Assembly: GCA_964016885.1 (NCBI GenBank)
Contig: OZ024750.1
Coordinates: forward strand, 46,934,001-46,998,000
DNA from: Eledone cirrhosa
Lineage: Eukaryota
Direction of reading: 5' to 3'
Length of the DNA stretch: 64,000 nucleotides
In this document: positions 52,178 through 64,000 of the stretch, in pieces
How the letters are laid out: each line of letters opens with the position of its first letter
How positions within the stretch are numbered: the first letter of the stretch is position 1
Translations under genes and position numbers: made by a program
The notes under the pieces: model-generated
The model's database searches: none
What the model was told of the DNA's origin: nothing
The model's input: only the letters and a program-made list of their open reading frames with translations

Positions 52178-55100
52178 TTATGTAAAACTCTTTCTTATGT
52201 TCTACACACCAGATTAATAACTTGAAAGTTATTTATAATACTAAATCCCGCCAAATCCATGATTAAATTTTCAATCATTTGAAAACCATAAATAGTGTCT
52301 TCCAGCAAATATATAATGTTGAAAAAGGTTAAGAATGTATAACGTAGCCGTTGAAAAGAAATACATTCTGGCAGACTTTTCAGCTTCATAGTAATTACAT
52401 TTTGAGGAAGTCTAAATCATCAAATAAAGCAGAGAACACCTAGAAACTTTATCTTTCAAATTAGACTATACATATTTCATTGTTCGTATGTAATATGTCT
52501 ACGTCATGATATGACGTTTATCTAATTCATAATTAGTATTAGTAAATTAGCTGCAAGCCGAGATGTTATATTACAACCGTCTAACACACTTAAATATTGC
52601 ACTTCAATCATTGTTTATGATGAGAATACATAACAGCAATAATGATTATTATAACTGAGGGCTGTTTAACTGCGGAATTAATATTCCGAGGCTTCCAGTT
52701 ATCGTAACACATTTGGTTTTCAAATATATCCGAAGTCGTGGAAGGTTGCCAATTTTCAAAATCATTAGGGGCGTCGGGTAAATCCGACATTACTTGTTTC
52801 GACTCACTGCGTCCTCAGTTCAAATTTCGCTCAGAGAGATCAGGTTTTTGCCCCCTACACTGTCATGGTTAATAAATAATTTACCAGCTCCGCATCTCTG
52901 TATCTCACGCTTTGTTCAGATCTAGAAATGAATGGGTATCACCATGTTGAAAGCGCCAGAAATAATTAGTGTACGAAGGCGGTGCCCTTACCAGGAGTTG
53001 AAAACAGTCTTATACATTTCTGCTGATGTTGGTTTTCCGTGTATATGTGTATGAACATGCTTGCGCATGTATGTGTCTAACTAAAGTATCTTATTAACTG
53101 ATATCCATATATGTGCAATCATAAACTATCTAAATATTCAAATCTTTATTAATAAGTTTACGGATTTAAAACATAAAAAAAATGTTACTTCGTGATCCCA
53201 GTGGAAAGAATTGTGAAGGCGTTACGCTGGAAGTTAGTATAGGAGATATTTCGAAAACGTTATATTCTACCTCACTGAGCAAGTGTTTTCAGCTGGTTAC
53301 CGTACACATCGCAGTACGTAGAGCAGGATTTCAGATTCCCGGTACGTCACAAATGGTTAAGATACTTATTTACGTGAAACACAGGAGAATTATTGGTCGT
53401 ATAATACCTTCTTGGAATAAGAAATTACGAAATTTTCTTATACGCAGAGAATGAGAAAGTTCAAAACAATGGAATAAATTCTAGTGCAAGGTATTTTCAT
53501 GTTTTACGCTTTTATTTGTGTTAAAAGAGAATTGGTATTTATGTGATTATTATATAAAACGTATTTCATTTTGACCGTTCATTTCAATAAAACTTATGAA
53601 AGAAGGAAATGAGTGTATTGGATATATATAGGAGGCGTTTCAATGACCATATGATGAAAGAAGACATCTTCCAACATTATAATGACATTCTGTTAAATCT
53701 AGGAGTATGAAAGAAAATATTATCCACAGTGAATTTTCAGATATGTATTACAAGCAAATATGTTTGATGCAAATATTGATTTTTAAATTTTCAACAAAGC
53801 CAACTATTTGTTGGTATGTTCTGTTGTCAATGATATCGAACACATTTATTTTATTTTATCCCGATTTGTGAACGGCAAAGATATGCTTGGCATGATTTGA
53901 AAGTAGAACGTAGAATCACGTAACTAAATATTCTAAGGAATTTCATCCAGGTCAATACAAACCTCTGCCAGTCGACCACGTTGGTTATAAAAGTTATTAA
54001 GAAAAAAAAAAAAATGGAACAATTTGTACGGGTTTAACATTCTAATGTTTATATTGAAGACCATAGTTATAATTTTGAAAATAATCAAGGAATTGGAGGG
54101 TTGTTGGAGGAATGTAATAATATAACCTACTTTCTCACTATTAAGTGACTCTCTGGAATATAACAACGGTCTTTACATGCAATTCTGATAGAAGACAATT
54201 AGATCCATTTGTTTATCGTAGAAACCAGAACAGTTTCTTATAGTTGTATATGAAAAGGGTTAAATGTGTAGCTATAAAGAAAAATAAATCAAACACAAAG
54301 CCACATTGTGGTGGCAGGTACCGTTTCCGTTATGCTGAAGTCTTTTTTTTATTTCAACTTAATCCAAAATAATCCTGTCAACAGTTGTGTTCAATGAGTC
54401 AAGTTCTGATCGGCTTTGCCTAAACATTAGCTCAAAATAATTCATTCACCGATTCCACAGTTATAACACTGTTTTGAATGGCGTATTTGTTTTTAGCATA
54501 GTCATAAATGACAGATGCTCTACTTTTATTTTCTATCAATTATTCTTCACGTAAAACTTTTGATGCAAATATTTGGTCCAAGGCATGGCAATCTGCCAAA
54601 AATAACTTACGTGATGTTCCTTAGCAAAAAAAAAAAAAAAAAAAAAGTTTAACGTATTTTTTTTCCTTGTTATTGATCCGATTCGAAATCTTAAATATGT
54701 AAGCAGAAAAGATGAATTGGTGGCTGATTGTTTCAATTTCTGTGTAGATAAGCGTAGTGTGCAGCGAATGCCGCAAATTGCAGGATAATCTGCAAGGCCT
54801 TAAACTGATGAATTTATTTGAGAGCATTCAGTGGATGAAAATGTGTATAGATGAGGAAGTCAGTTAACGAATCAATTAATGATACTGTCTATATTTGAAG
54901 GTAAAATGTTTAAATAAAATATAAAGTTAGAAAAAAAGTAGAAAATAACTATACCTCATATAACATCCTTTACATTTAGCCTCAATTATCGATTTACAAA
55001 ACATTATAGGAAATATAAATAAGGTATGGTGATTGAATGCTTTGTTGAAATGAGATTTAAATATTATAAAGTTTAATTATACTTCGAACAAGTAGTATAT

Positions 55101-56429
55101 TACATTGAGCTTAAGTTTTATAGAATATGCATAGCTACTAGAAAGGAATATCTGAGACAGTCAACTGTAAAAGGAAAGAACAACTTTCCTTGTTATATTA
55201 ATCTCACGATTATAGCATTAGCCCTTAAACTATGTGTATTTCAACATTTCTGTACGGATATTTTAGAGACACTTCAGAATATACGTTATAGTATTGTAAT
55301 GAAAGGTTACTAAATATAGGGATTATCAATTAATTAGCGTTTACTAATCATCTAAAGTAAGAGAAGCCTTATTACTTTAGTATCTGAAGATAATATTATT
55401 AAACCAATGCACCAATTATGAAAGTTTGAAAATCTTGTAGCAACAAATGTCCACATTCATAATGCATAATGTTTTCAATGCAAAGGTGACGGGGAGATCC
55501 AGATATATTGTAGCCTGATTAGGAGTAATGGTTCTCTCGCTCTCGCTGTGTTTCTGTGTTTCTCTCTTTCTCTTTCAATTTTTATATCTCTCTATGTTTC
55601 TTTCTCCATCCAATAACTTAGCTATCTCTCTGTATATCTCTCTAACTATGTATTTCTGTATATCTCTATATATGGTGATGTTACTGTTGTCAATAAACCA
55701 CCGTTGTATGATCAATTGTATGATCACCAGATTAGGACATAACATTTACGAGCGAACGATTGAGTCTTCCACAGAACGCGTACACTTAATCGAATTCCCA
55801 GTTAGATTCAGTGTATGACCCCCATGGTTTCCAGGTACGCCTAACTGAGTGGATTAGAGCAACACAAATCAAAGTAACTTGACCGTAATCATATTAAGCC
55901 ACGCGCAAATATATACGTATAAATATATATATATGTGTATCTATATATATCTATATATGCATATATGCATATATGTAAAAGGTAAACAAAGGCACTTCCA
56001 CTCACTCACCCTCTGTTTCTACCCTTCTCACTTCCTCCCGTTTGGTTTGTAGTGGGTTGTCTTCTTGCTCACATCTCACTCACGTCGGACGGTCTGTATT
56101 ATGATCGCTCATGAAATCCACCAAGCTTATGCTGACCGGATAACCATGTTGCTTGCTTATTCCTATCTTTGCGTTGCTTACATCCTTCTACGTTGTTTAT
56201 TTGTCTCACTCGCTTTATGCGATTTACTTGTCCCAATAGCTTTATTTAGTTATTGCACGCACCAACCTGAGGAATATGATTTTTAATGCGATGAAATATC
56301 AATGATGGTTGGCAAATCACTGACGAAGGACTATTTTTATCATATGTAACCCCATGTTCAACCACGCAGTATTCTTCTTTCTTCTCATGTTTATATATAT
56401 ATATATATATTTGGATTTAATGCTCTGTC

Positions 56430-56518
56430 ATTTTCGATAAAAGCATTGGATATGTAATCCTGATGATTTCTAATAAGAATGAAACGCGTAGGTTACTTCC
56501 CTTGCTTTTATCGAGAAT
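56430..56518 (+). ncRNA. Canonical type I hammerhead with extended stem I, in a 210-bp insert between (TA)n runs
   Basis: GTAATC-CTGATGA-tTTCT aata AGAAt-GAAA-CGCG-TA-GGTTAC, plus distal pairing TCGATAAAAGCA/TGCTTTTATCGA. Confidence 0.88.
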
Positions 56519-56618
56519 CTCAAATTGTAATACGTGACGTATTCTATTCTATAGCGATTAGGTCTTCAAAATGTTTATTATAAACATACAGAATATTTTC
56601 GAATATTCTATGTTTGTC

Positions 56619-56682
<64 letters not shown>

Positions 56683-56727
56683 AATTACTGTTGGCTTCTT
56701 GCTCACATTAATTTCTCTATTTTCATT

Positions 56728-56796
<69 letters not shown>

Positions 56797-56818
56797 CATT
56801 ATTATATTGTGCTTATAA

Positions 56819-57011
56819 GGGCGGTGGATTGGGAGTATCGGTAGAGGGTCGGATGCCATGCTTTGACGCATAGAGTTACGGCCTTTGCCATTCTGAGTTC
56901 AAATCCCGCCGAGGTTAACTTTGGCTTTCATCCTTACGGGGTCGATAAAATAAAGTACCAGTAATGCACTGGTGATTTGCTGGCATTGTGCCAAACGTAC
57001 AAACAATTATT
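56819..57011 (+). mobile_element. tRNA-derived SINE copy
   Basis: Matches the family. Confidence 0.88.
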
Positions 57012-57286
57012 GTATTGTCCCAAACCTGCTTATGGTCTAGTTAACTAAGGAGTGTACTAACTGCTTTTTCTAGTAAATATGTTATTCGCTCACTTTCCAC
57101 TATACTACCAGTCTGTGACCAATGTATCATGTGTTAATTCCCCCCTACCCTGTCGATATATTCGCACATGCTATGAAAGAAACAGTCGTTTTTACTGAGG
57201 GGTCTCTTGATAAACAGTATCAGACTCACAGCGATGATGCATTTTTATAGTGCAGAGCGTCGCAAACGGATCAGTAAGACTGAGGG

Positions 57287-57544
<258 letters not shown>

Positions 57545-57555
57545 TAAATATATAT

Positions 57556-58462
<907 letters not shown>

Positions 58463-58467
<5 letters not shown>

Positions 58468-58948
58468 AACGAGTAGGACCCCTATGCTCTCACCCTTCGA
58501 GAATGACCGTCTCCAACTGGTCAAGAACATTAAATTCAAACCCAGACACAACCAATTCCTACAAAAACTCCGTAGCAACTTACCAGAGTATGATAACACC
58601 AACGACATCATGGTGCACTCGGATAAAACTGGTAACATCTACTTCGTCAACCCCGAGAGATACGACGCACTGATCAGGAGCAGCCTAAACTCCACCTATA
58701 AACAGGCTAACCACTCATGCATCGAGGACATAAATCGAGATGGACAACAAATTAGCTCCAGCCCCGGAGTCGCCGACCGCACGGAACCCCTAGACCCATG
58801 AAACAAAAAAATAAAAAAATAAAAATAATAAAATAAAATAAAAAAGAAAAAAGGGGTCCTACTCGTTTCTATTACCCACTCTACTACCCTAAGTATTGAG
58901 TACTTTCGTGCGTTATGGTCCACCTTGTTCCTTACAACATTTCCTTCG

Positions 58949-58951
<3 letters not shown>
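58463..58951 (+). mobile_element. Family D fold-back enclosing a Naiad ORF N-terminal fragment
   Basis: Arms 58463-58481 and 58853-58871. The centre encodes LSPFEND..IKFK..HSDKTGNIY..DRTEPL, homologous to 24064-24385. Confidence 0.85.
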
Positions 58952-59010
<59 letters not shown>

Positions 59011-59419
59011 GAATTTCCCATCTCTAAATATATAAATATATACGGTATGTTTAATAAAAAGATATTGCGAATAGCTATTAATAGAAGACAACGGCGCCGT
59101 CGAGTGGAGTCGAGATGAAACAAGGGGAATAACGGTGTATGCACTCCGAACTTAGATGGGTCTCATCAGGACAATGTTTACTTCTTCCTAATGCCTGTCT
59201 TTGAGTCAAGCGAAAATATATATTTCATCGGTCTTTGGTGTTGTGTCACATTTGCATCTTTCTGCCGATTTGTTCCTCAAGCGGCCGTGTATCGACGGCT
59301 CAGCATCATGTGTTAACACCCTTATGCACACTATTACATTACACAGGAGTGGCTGAGGAGAGGTTAATATGTTTTTGTTCGTTCGTACCGTGTTCTTAGT
59401 TTTCTCCGTTTGAAACTAA

Positions 59420-59513
<94 letters not shown>

Positions 59514-59530
59514 TAAATAAATATATATAA

Positions 59531-59656
<126 letters not shown>

Positions 59657-59956
59657 AATATATATACGATAGAGTAAAAGAGTAAAGCATGCGAAGATCA
59701 TTATTTGATAATATTTATACATCATCTGTACACCCAATCCGCATAATGTGTGGTTAATTATGCTGATTGGGAGTAGAGATGATGTATATATATTATCACA
59801 TAATTCTCTGGACATAGTATTTCGCTCTGATTACTTTATTAAATTCTCCATTGAGCCACATCGTGAAAAGTTGCTAAAACACATATATACCTGTGACTTT
59901 GTTTAATTGCTGTATGTGTAAATATTTATATTTTATATATATATATATATATATCT

Positions 59957-60082
59957 ATAACGAAGGAAATGTGGTAAGGAACCAGGTGGACCATAACGCA
60001 CCAAAGTACTCAATACTTAGGGTAGTAGAGTGGGTAATAGGAACAAGTAAGACCCCGACGGCTGAGCTCAAGCCGTTTCGAC
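59957..60082 (-). mobile_element. Family D PLE 3' end
   Basis: Near-identical to 38630-38756 (reverse complement). Confidence 0.88.
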
Positions 60083-60091
60083 ATATATATA

Positions 60092-60142
<51 letters not shown>

Positions 60143-60465
60143 GGTAAACAGTATTAACAACACAATCGGTACTCTATATGGAAGGAACATATTAGGAAGA
60201 GGGTCTTAACTTTTCGGACGCTATTCCTCCATCAACAGAAAGAACGATAGATAAGAATCGATTGAAGGGACGTAGGGGTGGAATGGGAAAAATGTCACTA
60301 GATAAAAATAACAGGTCCATTGATGTTGACATCTCTCCGAAATATATATATATCAACTAGAAATTGATTGACAGACATATATTTAAAATAAACGCATGAA
60401 ACGATCACAGGGTATATTTTGTAAAGTGTGTAATCACACATAGTATGATTATATATATGTATATA

Positions 60466-60545
<80 letters not shown>

Positions 60546-60547
60546 TC

Positions 60548-60582
<35 letters not shown>

Positions 60583-60641
60583 GTATATATATATGTATAT
60601 ATATATGTATATATGTATATATATATATATGTATATATATC

Positions 60642-60718
<77 letters not shown>

Positions 60719-60719
<1 letters not shown>

Positions 60720-61152
60720 AAAGTACTATTTAAATTGTTGGGATACAACAAGAACATATTTTATACCTGATATAAAGCACTCAACAAATATTTGGAGTAA
60801 ACATACGATATTAACAAATGGAAACTATATCTATTAAACCATATTTATTTCATTATATATATTTCAAGCATACCAAGTCAAATTATGGCGTTCTTTCATC
60901 AGACAAAATATAATATAGATCAGTTTTTTAAATAAATATTGACATACCCTTAAAGAATGCAACCATTACTGTTGGAAGATCCCGGATAGTGGGATCTTCC
61001 AACAGTAATGGGTATGTCAATATTTATTTATAAAACTGCTCTATATTATATTTTATCTGATGAAAGCACACCATAATTTAACTTGATGTCCTTGAAATAT
61101 ATATAATGAAATAAATATGGTTTTATAAATATAGTTTCCATTCGTTAATAGC

Positions 61153-61156
<4 letters not shown>
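60719..61156. mobile_element. Fold-back PLE end; arms 60803-60982 and 60990-61156, ~85-nt left extension
   Basis: Inverted repeat with a hammerhead in each arm. A diverged relative of the terminus is at ~44700-44825. Confidence 0.88.
61049..61113 (+). ncRNA. Type I hammerhead (mirror copy at 60846-60910, minus)
   Basis: TATTTTAT-CTGATGA-[stem II]-GAAA-TATATA-TA-ATGAAATA. Confidence 0.78.
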
Positions 61157-61207
<51 letters not shown>

Positions 61208-61252
61208 TATATACATATATATATACATATATATATACATATATATACATGT

Positions 61253-61277
<25 letters not shown>

Positions 61278-61283
<6 letters not shown>

Positions 61284-62159
61284 TAAAATAACAGATTAAA
61301 GTTTAAGCAAAGAATCGCTGCTTTCACCCTTAACGGGATCTTCTGAAACCAACAAAGTCAATCTGTAAACGCAGAACTGGATATTTCAAAAAACGTTGCA
61401 ACCGGAGGAAGACACGAAGACGATACTTTGGTTCGTGGAAACGTTCGCTGGCAAAGAACGGGAAAAAACGAATAATACGTCATTAATAGGAGCGGTGAAA
61501 AACAATTACGCGCAAAGACAGAACCACGTTTATGGTATAAAAGAGGTCGTAGACTAATGTTCTCTTAGGTGGTGCATAGAGACGTTCTCTGGCAATGAAC
61601 GAAAAAACGAAGATAATAAGTCATATGTGGAGCGTGGAGAACAATAGCACGCAAAGACAAAACCACGTAAATGGTATAGCAGAAGTTGTAGACTAAAATT
61701 CTAACTAGGAGACCAAATGAATCTCCGCTACAGGGTTAAGAACAAAGTAAATAAATACAATACAGAAGTAATAGAAACAAATAAATATATACACGCAAAC
61801 AGATACGTACATACACAAGCATCAGCAAAACCTTACCATAGGTATACAAAACCACGCACATATAAATATGTGTGTGTGTGTATGCTTGTGTACAAATAAA
61901 TAAATAATTATATAAACGTATATAAGTAAATAAATACGTATATAACAAGCGCACACACATACCTACAAATAAATACACGAATGTTCGGAGACGTAAGTCA
62001 ACTAAAACAAGAAGTACACATATACACACACCCACGATACGTACGAACCTGCATACTCACGCAGACGCAAACTCCCGTATACACATAGCCAAACCCTAAA
62101 TGCCAGAGCCCTCTTTGGATTTTAGTCTTCAATTTTATTATTATTATTATTATTATTAC

Positions 62160-62160
<1 letters not shown>
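61278..62160. mobile_element. Family A inversion: minus arm 61278-~62097 (unspliced 3' UTR) plus the terminal ~55 nt on plus
   Basis: Reverse complement of ~11800-12613, followed by gagccctctttggattttagtcttc..(tta)n ac(TA)n. Confidence 0.9.
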
Positions 62161-62655
<495 letters not shown>

Positions 62656-62749
62656 GATTTTGAGTTTATATTGGTTGTATACCAACACCTCAGTATGCAG
62701 GCTGGAGCACTCGACGAAGTATATATATATTCTTTATATTTGTATCAGA

Positions 62750-63180
62750 CATATTGCTGCCGTGGAGTCAGTGCTGCTGTACTGGTCGGTAACTTGGACA
62801 CTGACCATGAGACTCACTCAGATGGAGGATGGGTGCTACACAATAATGCTGATGATAGCTCTGAACATTAATCAGTATACACCGAGGATGAAAAACTTAG
62901 AGCTGAATGGGAGCCTCCTAAAAGTCAGCTCAAAAGTGACACAGAGGAGACTGAGGTTGGCTGGAAATGCACACCGACATCCAGAGTCGACGTTGCAGAC
63001 AGTGGTCCTGTGGGAGACCCTACATGGACACACTGGAAGAGGAAGACCAAGGTTAACGTATGTTGATGCCCCAAGGACAGACAGTGGTCTGTTGGAGACG
63101 CAGGACATGGCAGCGATAATGAGGGACAGATACCGCTGGAGAGAACTCGTCCATGAATCTTGGGAATTTTACACGCCCTA
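62750..63180 (+). mobile_element. Decayed RTE-like LINE 3' fragment
   Basis: AVESVLLYWSVTWTLT...RRLRLAGNAHRH...GRGRPRLTYVD; colinear with 40087-40510. Confidence 0.85.
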
Positions 63181-63184
63181 GGAA

Positions 63185-63278
<94 letters not shown>

Positions 63279-64000
63279 TGTGAGTGAGAAACCGAGTATG
63301 TGAATTAGCTCATTCTTTATATATTTCAAGTGTGTACGTCTAATATTATGCTTACATATTTATCTAACTTTTACGTACGGCATTTGTGTGCCTGTAACTC
63401 GTTTAGCCGCGACTGTTTCTGTGGTTATGTTTATTTAGTTTTATGTGTGTATGAGATATTGTTTACCATTTATGTATTACGTCTGGCTTTTCATCTGCTG
63501 AGTGTTATTTGAACTAGTCGGTAATTAACCGGTCTGTGAAGGCAGTTATTTAACTAACTATATATATATTTGTATAGCACATACTATTCTATGTAGTAAT
63601 ACGATTTTATTTTGTTTTCTCTATCGAAATCAAATGGAAACAAATTCCTATATGTATTCATTTAAATAATTGTTTGCAAGAAAGCTCGAAACAACGCAGA
63701 CTACTTAGCACATACGATCATGTTCAAGAAACAACTTTTCATACCGGAAATATAGCTAATTAAAGGCGTTATTTATCAATATATGCTACTGCTAATTATT
63801 ATTCATAGAATTGCAATGTACAGACTGCGTCTGGGAAAATTCTTAATATATATAGATTTATATATGAATTATATTCGAACATGGCGGTATTATTTCACAA
63901 TGGCGGTATTACAATTTGGATAAAACTGGATGCAACTTGAAGCTTTTATGGTGACTGACCAGGTGCAAAATATCTGCGGAAATACACACACCTTTTATAG

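Noticed and set aside
59085-59175. Further CTGATGA cores at ~59163(-), ~50044(-), ~9878(+) and 56266/56320(+)
   Set aside because: GAAA, stem III or the cleavage triplet is missing; at most decayed hammerheads, so not called.

Overview
AT-rich, microsatellite-laden eukaryotic DNA. The tRNA-derived SINE family and the (TA)n load suggest an octopod cephalopod, which is an inference. The only host coding sequence I can support is two phase-0 exons (41968-42135 and 3663-3815, minus strand) of a kainate-type ionotropic glutamate receptor amino-terminal domain, separated by a 38,152-bp intron. The rest is repeats: several Penelope-like retroelement (PLE) families (Naiad-type with CxCx5CP plus GIY-YIG, and one Neptune-type), a 5'-truncated RTE LINE with three C2H2 fingers, RTE and CRE relics, a non-autonomous Helitron and about a dozen SINE copies. 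The most striking pattern is a set of at least ten insertions into (TA)n arrays built as tail-out fold-backs. In these, one arm runs to the element's true 3' end and the other stops at an internal TA-rich site 34-88 nt upstream, and that site recurs across copies in the two multi-copy families. Many of these ends carry type I hammerhead ribozymes, including U3-A8 and U4A core variants. One family is present as both spliced and unspliced copies of a 751-nt GT-AG segment. Most ORF-track entries are microsatellite artefacts. Repeat boundaries were read by eye and are approximate; no alignment, folding or database search was run.
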